A stretch of DNA of 64,000 bases from Chrysomallon squamiferum (taxonomy: Eukaryota > Animalia > Mollusca): NCBI GenBank assembly GCA_012295275.1, contig CM022667.1:14136001-14200000 (forward strand). The letters are read 5' to 3'. Every line of letters begins with the position of its first letter. The first letter of the stretch is position 1. Of the stretch, positions 21,214 through 35,471 are shown in pieces. The notes beneath the pieces are model-generated. The model made no database searches, was not told the DNA's origin, and saw only the letters and a program-made list of their open reading frames with translations. The position numbers were made by a program, and so were the translations under genes.

Positions 21214-21879
21214 AATAAATAAAATTCTGTCTCATCATAATCATCATAGTAAGAGTATTAATATCAAAAACAATAACAACAACAGCAGCAGCAGCAACAA
21301 CAACAACAACAACAACAACACAAGAGTATTCACAACACATTATGTGTGCCGCTGTTTACGTTTTATTTTTCATTTTACTCGAACTTCACTTTTTAAAACG
21401 CTTCAAGCAAATCCTTTTACAATTACTGCAACCTTAATTTTATAATGATTTTTTTTTTTTCCTTTCCACTTTACTCTTCAGTAACAGAACTACGAGTTTT
21501 AGCAGCCCTGGGCAATCTTTTCTGACCTTTTCTTTTTCTTCTGCTAGTGCACTACGGAATTAAAAGCTGTGTTTTAAATAATACACTAGTTACTGCACAG
21601 GCGCCGACAGAATTAGCGATATTTGGTTACAGACTTCGTGACTGTATCAGTGCTGTCAGTTTGTTCTTTGGGGTTTTTTTTATTTTTTTCAAATATTTTT
21701 TAAGGATTATTTGTTCTTTAGAAGCAAAAAAAAAAAAAAAAAAAAATGTCAATGGTTATGTGAGATTTAAATTAAAGAGAAAAATCTCTCTTCTCTGTTT
21801 TTTTCAATATTATCAATCCTCATCAACATCAGTGTCATTATTATTATCATTTGTTTTTCTTCTTCTTACTCCTACTACT

Positions 21880-21952
21880 ACTACTACTACTACTACTACT
21901 ATTACTACTACTACTACTACTACTGTTCCTACTACTACTACTACTACTATTC

Positions 21953-21990
<38 letters not shown>

Positions 21991-22070
21991 GTTCCTACTA
22001 CTACTACTACTACTATTCCTACTACTACTACTACTACTACTGTTCCTACTGCTACTAATACTACTATTAG

Positions 22071-22105
<35 letters not shown>

Positions 22106-22138
22106 TTACTACTACTAGTACTTCTACTTCTACTACAT
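21880..22138. repeat. Interrupted (CTA)n microsatellite
   Basis: ACT triplets with periodic GTTCCT/ATTCCT interruptions. Confidence 0.9.
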
Positions 22139-22779
22139 TTTGGGGGGTTTTGTATTACTATTATTGTTATTCAGCTTGTTCACTAAAATTGTCTCTTTCA
22201 GAATGCACTTTTCTTTGACACCTTATAACCTCTGATTAATTAAAAGGTAGAAATTATATTATTTTAATAAATTAAAGATTGAACAAATGAATGAACAAAT
22301 TAATTATTTTTAAATTAATTAACTGTATAAACAAACAAATCATTAAATAAAAAAATTAAAAAATAGACAGCGTTTGATGTGGTCATTCCACATTCAAAGT
22401 TTGGCAGAATTGAAAAATAAAGAAGTAAATAATTAAATTACAACAACAACCGAACATAAACAACCTAAGAAAGCACTCACAATTACCATCCACCATCACA
22501 AACAAACCAAAAAAATAAAAAAGTAAATAAAAAACACGTAAACAAAAACAAACGAAATGAAAACAAAAAATAGCACCATGTAGCCTTTCATTCAATAATC
22601 CTCTACATGTTTTTCGTTTCAGCTTTGGTTAAAGTACCGCAAACAGTTCGTTATAAGTTGTCTCTCTACAAGCTGCCGTGGTAAAAATAGCTCCCCGTGA
22701 TTGGAAGTTCTTGTACCGTGCATTCTGTGAGACAAACACAACGATGCTTGGTAGACAATACCATCACTCACAAAACGAC

Positions 22780-22932
22780 CCTTACAAGTATAGCCAAACC
22801 TTTCGTACAGTACTTAGCAATACAGCAAGCGATTCGCAAAAACAGGATTTGCAATGTCGCAAAAAAAACCGTTCGTTTCGTACAATAGCACTTAGGATGT
22901 AGCAAGCATTTCGTATAACGGTACTTAGCATG
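22780..22932. repeat. Short degenerate tandem repeat (TTCGTACA..GTACTTAGCA..AGCAAGC)
   Basis: Unit recognisable at about 22802, 22877 and 22910. Confidence 0.5.
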
Positions 22933-23438
22933 GTCTGTCTGTCCTTCAGAAACGTAACGTCAGAAATGAAGACTGAACGAAACATTTTATTTCTGAGTGC
23001 AGTTTTAAATAATTATTGTAGGAAATGTTTTTTTTGTGTTAAATAACAACAGAGCTTGCTTTCAGACTAAAGGACTGATAATTACGAAAGTACACAGCAG
23101 CCCGTAGCTGATGAATAATAAATTAGAGGATAAATGAACTGAATAAATGTAATGGTAAATATGTAAAGTATAGAGAAACGTAAGAAAGGAAATAAAGTAG
23201 GAGGTGAAAAGGAAAAGAGGAAGAAACAAATCAAAGAATGAAAGAAAAAAGGAAAGAACAAAAAAAAAAAACAAAAAACAGAAACGAGATAAAAGATTAA
23301 AAAAAAGAAACGTAAATACAAATGAAACGTAGAGATATTTTTAAGAAAATCGGTAAGTAGGTAAGTAAATAAGTAAATTAATAAATTAATGAGCATATTA
23401 TGAAAATGAATCTATTACTACTACTACTACTGTTACTG

Positions 23439-23527
<89 letters not shown>

Positions 23528-23746
23528 GCTATCTCTGATTATTATTATACTGCTGTTCATACTACTACTACAATTAGAATTATTTTAACTACAACAGCTA
23601 TTACTACTACTATTACAGCAACATCTTCTATTACCACTACAACTACTACGACCACCACCATCACCTCTACGACTATTACCATTCCTCCACATGCAACTAT
23701 CACTACTACTACTACTACTGCTATCTCTGATAATAAATTATTATTG

Positions 23747-23808
<62 letters not shown>

Positions 23809-24440
23809 AGAAATAACTAAAGACGTAGCTAAAAGATTTTAAACAAAAAAAATATCTTAAATTACTCCCATATGTTTCAGATAACATACACTGATATGTA
23901 TGGATATTCCTGAAACTGGTCCATAAATCCATTTAGAGTAAGTAATTAAAAGAAACAATGTTTACTTATTCACTGAAGTAACAATAATGCTGAATCACCT
24001 ACATGCTTTATGGAATCAACAGGTGCGATACATTTCGTGAAATTGGATTTAATTTTCGTTGTTCTCATTACAGAAAGCCTAAAGCAGATGTTCACTTCTA
24101 GAACCAGTGGGCTCATAGTCTCAGTATTTTTCTCTTATAATTAAATATATATAATATAAATTAAAGACAGAAAGAAAGAAAGAAAGAAAAGAAAGAAAGA
24201 AAGAAAGAAAAGAAAAGAACAAAAATGAAATAATATGCTTGGAAATCTAGGTCTTAATTTGTTTCACTATCTCTCGTCTCATTTTAATAATAATATATGC
24301 TATTTATACTCGTATATTTTATACGTATGTGCATATTATGTGCATATGTATACATAAATACATACGAACATACAAATATATTCATAAATATATACATCTC
24401 TACATGCACGCACTTACGCATTCTCACGCACGCACCTACT

Positions 24441-24483
<43 letters not shown>

Positions 24484-25220
24484 CACATGCAAACACACTA
24501 CCTCACTACTGGCATACTCTCGTGAAAATCCAGCAGAAATACAACAAATGACTGTATCGTACCTAGCAACGTCAGATGATATGACGTCACAACAATAGAA
24601 AACTCTATCTGGCTGTAAGCAGCAATTACTCTATCTATCATGACTGCTGCATTATGGATTGCGATGTATATTCATCTCAACTCGCATGAACCCAAATACA
24701 GCTTACTTGATTAACATGAGAAGAAATATTGTAGCGCCTTTCTGCATCCTGCAGCTCATGCTTTTGATACGTTGTCATCATCAGTGCTGTCGTCGTTGAA
24801 TTTTTAAACACCTCTGCGGCTTTGCTGAATAAACATTAGAGCATACGACAAAGTCTTGAGCAGACAACGAATAGTTAATTTTCCCTAACGGTGGAATAAC
24901 TGCATAATACCATAATTTCATGGGGATAAAAGCATGGCGGTCTTGATTAGCACGGCATGCTTGAGGTGACATAATTCCTATTGGCTGCTTTCGTGAAGAT
25001 GTTTGAAAACAAATCAGTTTACGATAGCATAAACAGACTCATTGTTAGGGAAGTTTAAATAAACGTTGTTAATCTTTTGGTTTCTTTTTGTTGTTTTTGT
25101 GTTTGTTGTTTAGTGTGTGTAGTTTGAAGAAAAAAAAAAACCCAAATCAAAACAAATTGCATAATGTTATAATTGTACAAAATATTTCACTAAAACGAAC
25201 AAATGCCCGAGTACATTTTT

Positions 25221-25332
<112 letters not shown>

Positions 25333-25633
25333 TCATTCTCTATCTCTCTGATACTAGTACACGCGAATTATATTAATGGATTTGTTTTGCATTCTGACAT
25401 TCACATATATCTCATCGGCAGAATATGAAGCCCTAGCGTGTTACTACTGCATGTAAACAGAGGTAAAAGCAATTACATACCGCAGATACATTATTATGGA
25501 AGACGCACAAACAGGCAGCTTTAAATTGCATATAAATTATAATAGAAACAAATTAGCTAAACTGACACATTCTGAGAAAGATAAATGTATGCATAGACAC
25601 AGAACACATACACACACAGAAACACACACACAA

Positions 25634-25664
<31 letters not shown>

Positions 25665-26053
25665 TATATATATATATAAACCATACAAATAGCATACATA
25701 CACACGTACATACATACATATATGCATACATATAAACAGACACAGACACACATATACATACATAGACTCATACATATACAATTATTCTGTAAACGGAGCA
25801 TATTAAAATAGTGAAATAGTAAATGAAATTCTTGAAACCTTGATGAACATATGAAGCAAAGTAATAATGTCTGAATAAAATCAGTATATTTTTGACATAT
25901 ATATATTTATATTTATAATATTCCTATTCATACTACTAATACTGTATCTTCTTTTTCTTATTGTTTTTCTCTTCTGCTAGTACTGCTACTGCTATACTAC
26001 TACTACTACTTCTACTACTAGTACTACTACTGCTATTAATAATGATGATGATG

Positions 26054-26092
<39 letters not shown>

Positions 26093-26564
26093 TAATAATA
26101 ATGATGATGATGATGATGATGATAATAATATAACAACTAATACTAAGACTACCACTGTTAATTATAATTTCTTTTTAACCGTCATCAAATGAAATAAGCA
26201 AACTAGGAACAAGACAGATTAAAAAGGTTTTTTTCTGTAAATATACTCAACAAAAATGATTCAGTTTCTGTTTGTAACAAATTACTATTATTTGCTTATT
26301 ATATTAGCTTTGCTTGCTTCAGCGTATCGCTGTGATTTCACTGACCTAATTAATGTTGAGTTAGTGTGTTTTATTTCTATAGTTGACACTGAATGTAATT
26401 ATTTTTCACAAAAATATTTATGGGCATTTTTCTTTTAAGCTGTAACCTGCTTTTTTTCCCGTTCTAGAAAGGTCTTGGATAAAATGTAATTAAAATAAGT
26501 AAGCAAGTAAGTAACTGAGTATGTAAGATAATTAAGTAAATAAATAAATTATTGAATAAATAAA

Positions 26565-26595
<31 letters not shown>

Positions 26596-26613
26596 TAATA
26601 AGAAGAAGAAGAA

Positions 26614-26653
<40 letters not shown>

Positions 26654-27354
26654 CAACAACAAATTTAAAAACTACAATGATTAACTGAATAAATCAATAA
26701 AGTAAGAAAAACAACCAAAGACGACCTTCCATTATTCACCTCTCAGAAATCCTGTATTTGATACATACAGTGACGTCATCTGATCGCACATGTTACATAC
26801 CAAACAGTTTCGAACTCAAACCCCATTAAAGAAAAAAAACACCTGAAGTTTTACAACACCAGCGTAATGCGCAGTAGACGCAGAAATGATAAACGCTGGT
26901 TATTTTCTCTTTCACAGTTTCAAACAAATCATTTGTTTAGCTCGCTGAACCTTAGCTGTGAATGAGGTAAATTATCCTGTTTTGCACGATCTTACATTCA
27001 CCATGATGTTGACCTCGAAGAAAATTCGTTTTGGTGAGATTTGCCAATACTGTTCTGTTCTGAAATTTGTTGACATAAAGTTCAGTCAGAGTTCTCGTCT
27101 GCTTATAATTAAAATATTTTTTCTAGAATCTTTTAACTACGTCTTTAGTTATTTTTGTTAATAATAATAATAATAATAATAATAAAAATAATAATCATAA
27201 TAATCATAATAATGATGATGATGATGATGATGTGATGATAAAAATACAAATACTACTATTACTACTACTACTACTAATAATAATAATAAAAAGAAGAAGA
27301 ATGATAACAATAATGACCTTGATCTAGTTATTAAATCTATTCATGTTATGGGCA

Positions 27355-27429
<75 letters not shown>

Positions 27430-28102
27430 AGAGTTACTTTGGCACAATGAACAAAGAGCCTGAAAATATAATATATATATAACCCACATAAATTTTATAT
27501 TTCAGGCGACCATGCTTTGTTAATGATCAAGTATGACAATAACACAGTAATAGCCATGCATGACGGATATTTCATTGTCTTTCTTTCAGTAAGATAAAGT
27601 TTTGTAAATTTTAACGGACAGTTTAACAAAATAATTTAAATCACATCGCGTATATCTTTTTATGTTCGTCTATAACATGGTCCTGGATTTTGTTCTGCCC
27701 TGAGATATTTTGCTTTATAATGAAACATATTTCATCATAGGAATTCTATTGACGCTAACAAAGATTTTTGAAAATTACGCCCCAACCCCTGCACTATATT
27801 GATACGTTCTATACATATATATATATTATATACATATTGCCTCTGGTGTTAGATTATTTTTCGTGAATCTAGAAACAAACAGAATGACGTCATATGCAGT
27901 GTCAGTGACGTCAAGAACAGTTGTGTTTCTAATAGAAAGGGGACTGCTGTTTTCTACATTACACTGTTCGTGTCATTAACTTAAAGGGTGATTACCATTC
28001 CTATGAGCTAAGTGGAAAAGAGCAAGGCCAAATAAACAGATTGTTCTCAAAATAAACGTCATATAGGTGCTGTCCTTGACGGCGAAAAAAGGCCGTGTTT
28101 TT

Positions 28103-28148
<46 letters not shown>

Positions 28149-28245
28149 TAATAATAATAATAATAATAAAAATAATAAGTAAATAAATAATAAAACATTT
28201 AAAATTAACAAAATATAAAATACGTATATTTATTTTGTGTGTGTG

Positions 28246-28289
<44 letters not shown>

Positions 28290-28490
28290 ATATTCATATA
28301 TATATATGTTTAATTGAGGAAACCACTGTTGCAAAATATTATATATATTTAATTGAGAGCAACATATCTTTTTACGCACCATTCTTTAGAAAATAAAAAT
28401 GAATACTTCACAATTATCAACATTTCACTTATTTTATGATTATTTTAGAATTATTTGCTCAAAAACGAAAGATTGTTTCCCTGAAACAAC

Positions 28491-28598
<108 letters not shown>

Positions 28599-28935
28599 TA
28601 ATAATAATAATAATAATAATCATGAATACACCTTTGTTGTGGTAATTAAAATATTTAAAATAGTAAACAAACAAACAAAAACCAACCATCCAACCAATCA
28701 ACCAACCAACCAACAAACAACCAATCAACCAACCAACAAACAAACAAACAAATAAATAAGATTAAAAACAAATTATAAAAAATTTCACACATCTGGTCCG
28801 TGCAAAACGAATGTAAAAATAATTCATATTTGATTAACATTTATTTACCAAAAAAAAAAAAAAAAAGAAAATAAAAAAGCACATTCAAAAAATTAAACTC
28901 GTGTATAATAATCATTATCTATCCTTCAACAACGA

Positions 28936-30027
28936 TCACAGAGAGAACTGTTTATCCGACGTTATGGATCTTCTGACGTTCGTATTAACGTAACCTTGCG
29001 AATACCTCAAACCTAGGTTGAATCTGGGTGCCAGCTTTTCGGCAAAGCACCTCGGGCACAGACACAGAAACAGAGTATCACGAAAGTGCCTCCCGAACAA
29101 GCAGTAAAAAATAAAATTAGTCGCGGAGTACAGAATTATCATGAGCTCTTTGACGAGCTTGAACGTGCCTATACTTCTGTTGCATCGGCCTTTGTAGAAT
29201 TTGTTAGTCACCCAAATGTCTATCAGCGCTGGGAACGGGTAAGTGAAGAAGAACATGGTTGTCATGGCAAAGACGGCCAACGTCATTCGCTTGTCTCTTC
29301 GATTAGTCGTTATCCACTGTTTTAACTTGCCAGACCGTCTCTTCCAGATCTGCCTGACGATGAGGATGTTGAGCACCAGCATCGTCAGCCACGGCAGGGC
29401 GAACAGGAATATCAGTTTGATGTGGAAGAGGTAAACGTTCATGAAGCTGCTCTGCCAGAACTCCGTGATGCGCGGCCGTAGCCAGTAGGCGTTGAATTTC
29501 GGCTCCCAGTAGGTCTGGAAGCGAAAGGACAGGTAGTACGGTATGTTGAAGAACACGGAGAAGAACACGACGAGGAGTATAACACACAGAGGCACGCGCC
29601 CGTCACACATGATTCTTCCCCTGAAAGGCTTAGCCGTCCCAATGTACCGCTCGGCGGCGATCACTATAGTCATGGCCACCGTGCCCGTAATGGCGATTTT
29701 CTGAATGCATCGCTTGAACAACAGAATCACTTGATATATAACGATGTCGTAAATGAAGATGATGTCGATGATGAAGGCGACGAGGATGATGTTGTCGAAG
29801 ACGGCCAGACACTGGAGGAACGTCGACGTCGGGTTCCGCATCTTCTTGTGCGACAGAACGATCACGGACAACGTGTTGCCTAGCAACCCGATGACGGCCA
29901 ACGTCGTTCCGACGCCGCCGTTTATCAGTTTGTAGTTGGCGAAGACTTCGTCGCACGACGAGTCGTTGTAGTCGAGGATGCTGAAGGTCGTCAACGAATC
30001 GTTTGACACAGATTCGTTGAAATCCAT
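28936..30027 (-). CDS. Intronless rhodopsin-like (class A) GPCR, FMRFamide/sex-peptide-receptor-like orphan, 363 aa
   Basis: Seven hydrophobic segments: TM1 GLLGN, TM2 LAVFD, TM3 ERY, TM4 FNIP, TM5 LPW..LN, TM6 FFFTYPFP, TM7 NFIFY, then helix 8 FRDTL with CLC. N-glycosylation sequons NES, NDS, NDS in the N-terminus. Candidate AATAAA (minus) at 28845-28840. Confidence 0.95.
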   Translation of the reverse strand: MDFNESVSNDSLTTFSILDYNDSSCDEVFANYKLINGGVGTTLAVIGLLGNTLSVIVLSHKKMRNPTSTFLQCLAVFDNIILVAFIIDIIFIYDIVIYQVILLFKRCIQKIAITGTVAMTIVIAAERYIGTAKPFRGRIMCDGRVPLCVILLVVFFSVFFNIPYYLSFRFQTYWEPKFNAYWLRPRITEFWQSSFMNVYLFHIKLIFLFALPWLTMLVLNILIVRQIWKRRSGKLKQWITTNRRDKRMTLAVFAMTTMFFFTYPFPALIDIWVTNKFYKGRCNRSIGTFKLVKELMIILYSATNFIFYCLFGRHFRDTLFLCLCPRCFAEKLAPRFNLGLRYSQGYVNTNVRRSITSDKQFSL

Positions 30028-31833
30028 TGCGTGTGTTGCTGTTTGCTTTTGCTAATAACGTAATATGTTTTGCTTTTTTTTTTTTCCTCTTTACACATCC
30101 ATTGTTGAATTCCAGATTAAAAGAGTTTGATAAAGATTAATAAATAACAGACTGGTGTATTAACACACAGCTCCATTTTCTGTACAGTTTACTCAAATGG
30201 AAATTTTTTTGTTAGTGTTTTTTTTTTTTGTTGCTGTTGACTGTTCATATTACCGAAACTTAGGACATCAACGTCGAACAAACATGGAATATTTTAAGAA
30301 GACTGTTATCCGTGAATTTTCAGAAAAGTTCAAACAGTAAATTTCTTCCAGATATTGCTCCATGAAGCAAAGAAATATCCACAACTGTTGTTTTTTTTTT
30401 TTTTCGTTTTCCTTTTTTATTTTTACTATTTCATTTAGTTGTTATCTTTTTTTTGTCATGCTATTTGCAGTTAGTGAATTCGTGAGAATTAGTCGTTATT
30501 TACTTATTCAACTAAATAATTCACAGTACATTAACAGTTCGTTTTAATCAAAACAATGTTATTTCAAACAAAGAATATCTGTGCTTAGAAGCAATCGTGA
30601 TTCGATTTGTTATCCAAACACTGATCCAATTTACTAATTGTAACACTGTTTTTCAGCGAACTGGTTTTACATAAAACGCAATGACTTGAATGTATAATTT
30701 CTTTTCAGTTAACCAAAATATGTAAACACGCATACAGAAGACCTCTGTTTTACTCCCAGTTACAAATTTGATTACATCCAGTTTAAATAAATCATAATCC
30801 GTCTTTTTAAAAAAAATAAAATTTGTAGTAGAAATTACAAAGACTGAGATGAATTAATTAACGAAAGTCATTTACATACCCGCTGTACTGCAGTTATCCA
30901 AAAAAAAACAACAACAGAATCTTCAACACAAACCAGTGAAGTTTTATTCTTGCAGCGACTTCAAATTTCCATATATAAAATACGAATATATCCTGACGCC
31001 TTTTCCGCTAGTTAGTTATTCTGTCGTAGAGCGTCTTAAATAAATCAGCGTAACCACACAATCATTTACATGCACACTTCACCGCGGCTATCAAAAAATA
31101 ACGTAAACACATGCAGACATCGAAGTAATTATCTCCACACTGTCTGTTTCCGCCAAAAATAACCCAGCAGCTTACGTGTGGTCGTACTGTCTAATTAATC
31201 ACCAATAGAACGCCGTACAGCAACAACGACAACAACATTCACTGATCTGGCTTACAGATCCACGCCTTACGTTTGGCGACGGCCGACACAAATGTCGTGG
31301 TTTAGAGGATGACAATAGAATTAGTATACACACCTCCTACTGTTACTTACTACACTGTGCTTTGTCCGGCCGTATACTTAAGCAGCTTCGGTGTTTGTAG
31401 ATTCACGTCTGTCCAGCTGTTTTGTTGGTGTCCTTCGTCATATGACGAGGGCAGAGGTTAAGGTCTCGTCGCTTGGTATAGTATAACAAATCTGTTGTTC
31501 AAATCGTATGTTCGATCCGTTTGTGTATTTGCATCCGAGATGTCCAGTTTTGTTACAATTACAATATAACAAATACGTTGATTGTATTATACTTGCACCC
31601 GTGATTTCCAGTATCGTCACACGTAACAGTTATGGCATATAACAAATATTTTGAAAGTATCGTACGCTGGATGTTAATACTGCTATACAGAACAGTTATA
31701 ATTTTATAGACTCTCTAGTACTAGCGATCGGCGATATGTTAACTTCTAGGATATAAAACACCTTCTACAGGCAACTGTTATATCATAGACCATGTCACAC
31801 TACAGTTTGTTTGAATCCGATATATCTGCTTCC

Positions 31834-32125
31834 TTCAACAGGTAATAATTACGAATCCACATAATATTAAATATCCGTTCTGTGATACGTTTGCACAGAA
31901 TATCTCCTTACACTATATTCAACAAGTAACGATTACGAATCGACACAACATTAAATATCTGAAATACGTTTGTACCTGAGACGTCTGGTAATTTCAATAA
32001 GTAACAGTTACGAATCCACAATATTAAATATCCGGAGTCTACAATACGCTTACAACCTAGTGTGTTTACTAAATTCAATAAATAACAATTACGAATCCGC
32101 GATATTAAATCTCCGATCTGTGATT
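31834..32125. repeat. Four-copy tandem repeat of about 80 bp with conserved ~43-bp core TTCAAyArGTAAnnrTTACGAATCnnCrATATTAAATATCnG
   Basis: Cores start at 31834, 31918, 31993 and 32074 (periods 84, 75, 81). Confidence 0.85.
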
Positions 32126-33894
32126 CCTGGTATTATCTTCTGCGAGTAAACCAATCGACCATACGGGGACGTTTACAGCAGACACGGATTTCTAAACAAA
32201 ACGATTCGCTTGTTGTCGGGAATGCACAGGACGATTTTTCACTGTAAGTCACGTTATAATATAAACTTTCCCTAGATTAAGTCGACTGATGTTAAGATCA
32301 ATACTGTATCTTCCAATGAGATTCTTTTTTCTTTTTTTTTCTTCTATTATTTTCCCCTCCTTTTTAATTCTCCTGTACTTACTGTTCAAAGCGAGATGAT
32401 GTTGTCAGCCACTGCAGCTTGTTTTTGCTTCTACAAATTTCTTTCGTCAGCGTAAACAAAATGACTTGACGAAACGAGTCGTATTTTTTTTCTGTACTCT
32501 TATCTCCGAATAATGATGATGATAATAATAATAATAGTACTAGTAGTAGTAGTAGTAGTTCTAACAGCAGTAGTAGTTGTAGAATAGTACTAGTAGTCTT
32601 TATGATTATAAATTTTGGCGATCACTTTATTGAAGTACGCGCATTAACCGAACACAAGTGGGTGGATTATTGAAAGGTGTTCTGGGAAGTCATCGTGAGA
32701 TAATAACCAATAAATATTTCTGTTTTCGCTTCAGTCAAAGACGATTTTAGCCTCGAGCGTGTTAACGCGACGAAATCGCAGTGACAAGTCCAATATCACG
32801 TACACGCGACACCCAAGATTTACATGCAGCTGTCCGGTCTGCGGAGTCCAGATAACGCAGCGATGATAAATTTGTTTCTCGGTCTGCCGCTGAAGTTGAT
32901 TGTGTATCTTACAGTTAAAAACTGAAATTCACATGTACGCTGGTCGTTATGATCTATTAGAACATTCTGAATCTTGGCTAGGTAAATGAGTATTTTATCG
33001 TGAACAAGTTAAGATGTATAGTTAATATAGCATCTGAAGACGTTTATTCATTCTGAGTGTTCTTGTGCTGCAAATCATGTCTTCAGTTGTAACTTTTGTT
33101 ACGATTTTTATCTTCAGAAATATGTTTCTTACGAATTTGTGTTTGTCTTTGACAACATTCTTTGAATTTGTCTTCGGTATAGTATTTTGTTGATTTTTAT
33201 TTTATTATAATTTGTTTTTTGTACCGTCTAATATATTTCTGATTTGGATTTAGTAATATTTTCTTCTTCTGTAATGTACTCTTTATTTTGATTCGATATT
33301 TTCCTTTTCTTTTTCTTCTTTATCTTTGTTGAAATAATATAGTTTTTAATTAATTCTCTAATTTTTTTATTTTAGGTTCTTTAATTTTTTATATATTTTT
33401 TCTTGTTTTGAATCAGTAATATTTTCCTAGGTTCTTTTTCTTGAGTAATATTATCCCTGTTCTTTGGGGTTTTCTTCAGAAACACATTCCTTATTTTTCT
33501 TCAGTAATATTTACTTTTTTCTTCTTTTATCTATTCCTTTTCGTCTTCGTTTTTTTGAATCCGTTAGTCTTCTACTGTCAGTATTTTTGTGTTATCAGTA
33601 CTGTTCTTGCTTTGACTGACGTTTTCTGAACTTTTGTCATTTAAACATAGGTTTTTCTCCTTCTTTCTATTTTTTAAATACTGCTTTGAAGAATAATTTA
33701 ATTAAAATCCAAATAAGGATATATGCGTAACACAATGTTAATTTGTTTCTTTCTTTCTTTCCCTTATTTTTTTCTCGTCTTTATGAAATAAAATTAAAAA
33801 AAAAACACAACCGGAATATTGAACGGTTAAACTCTATAGACTGGGAAACGTCATGTCTTAGAGCAAATGAAACCATTCACATAGCATTAATTTT

Positions 33895-33926
<32 letters not shown>

Positions 33927-34339
33927 TTCAAGTGTGCTGGTTTTTTTTTAATGATTTCTTTTCTTTTAAAGGTTATTTATCTGTCTGTCAGTGCTGATGC
34001 TGCTGCTTGCCAAATACACGACTAAATATACTGCTCGATAATTAATTAAAATTACACTGTCAACGTCGAGTTGTCTTTTCTTGTGGGTTTTAAAGACAGT
34101 TCATTATCAGCGATTTGCCGCGGGGCTGCAGAACTGATAGTGTTGTTAGCGACTGCAGAGACATGCAGCACTTCTATTCTTTAAACAAGTTCATGTCGAA
34201 CCATGGACCTTGACTGTTAGCAACTCTTCAGTCAGTACGACAGCTAAATCAGTATCTGTCAAGACAAAAATAAAAATAAAAATAAAATAAAAAAATAAAA
34301 ATAAAAAAACGTATTTTCCTTTTTATTCCTAGTAAGCCA

Positions 34340-35100
34340 CACTGTTTCAACGTGCCGGAAACGCCCCAGTAACGCCCTTATCCCGGGCGAACTGTTAAAT
34401 CACACTTGTTACGTCCCGCCCGCAGCTCTGTGAAGACCTGTTTGTTTTGTCTTTCGTAAATTCCTCCACGTGTTTTTCTCAGCCAGTAAAAATCACCACA
34501 GCAACGAAACAGAAGTTGTTGGTTTTTTTTACGTTCTCCAGTCCGGGCCAGCCTGAAAGAAACGAACAAACAGTGATGAATATGATGGTACACAGAGTAA
34601 TTTGAACTTATGAAAATAACACTTGATGATAACAAAAAACGAACGAAACGTCCACGCGGTGAAGATCGCTGACACTAATTACTCCTATCAGTCGGTATTC
34701 TCCGCATCTCGTACGCCAAAGAACAAAAAAAGAAAGAAATTGGCGCCAAATCACGAAACGGAATGTTACGGTGAAAACCGACGGTTTCAACCGAGCGGGA
34801 TAATAATTGCCATTCGGCTTTTGAGATGTCGACAGTTGACAGTCGTAATAACACTCGCTTAAGCGACTCAGCTTTTTTTCAGCGGCGCGTTTCTCGTAAG
34901 TTAATGGATTCCCTTCGCAAGCTGGGCTTTGCAATATTTTGTCTCCCTTTCACTAGACGGATGGTGATTTAAAAGTCCATTCATCCATGAAGAACAAATC
35001 TTTAGTATCTTTAATATCTGCCTGATGCCAGGCGAAGACAGACAAATGAACGGCAGTTTAATTGGACTATTTTTGTCCGCTTCGAGTGAGAAAAAGAAAA
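34340..35100. promoter_or_regulatory. CpG-rich non-coding patch, candidate promoter or first non-coding exon
   Basis: Local CpG/GC enrichment with no credible ORF; E2F-like TTGGCGCCAAA at 34740-34750; plus-strand donor-like C|GTAAGT at about 34896. Confidence 0.35.
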
Positions 35101-35250
35101 AAAATGAAATTACTTCGGTTTTAATTGACCGCATTAGATGTAAGAAGCTATTGCTGTTGTTGCTCTCGCTCTTGTTGTTATTGTTGTTGTTGTTATTTAT
35201 TATTATAATTATTATTTATATCATTGTCATCAATATCATTATTATTATTA

Positions 35251-35291
<41 letters not shown>

Positions 35292-35418
35292 GCTCCTATA
35301 GCTTTAAGTAAAATAGCAACAACAACAACAACAGCAACTGCTGCAACTTATGAGAGTCGGAATAAAAAAAAAATTAAAGCAAATTCAGTCAAATTTAAAT
35401 AATAATAATAACAATAAA

Positions 35419-35471
<53 letters not shown>

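Noticed and set aside
21547-22218. Mucin-like Thr/Pro ORF (223 aa, + strand)
   Set aside because: It is an interrupted (CTA)n microsatellite using almost one codon, with no splice acceptor ahead of it; similar tracts occur throughout the window.
29875-29887. Perfect RFX X-box GTTGCCTAGCAAC
   Set aside because: It lies inside the GPCR TM1 codons for GLLGN and is explained by protein constraint.
31834-32125. CRISPR array
   Set aside because: Eukaryotic context, no cas genes, repeats not identical, and the spacers are homologous to each other.
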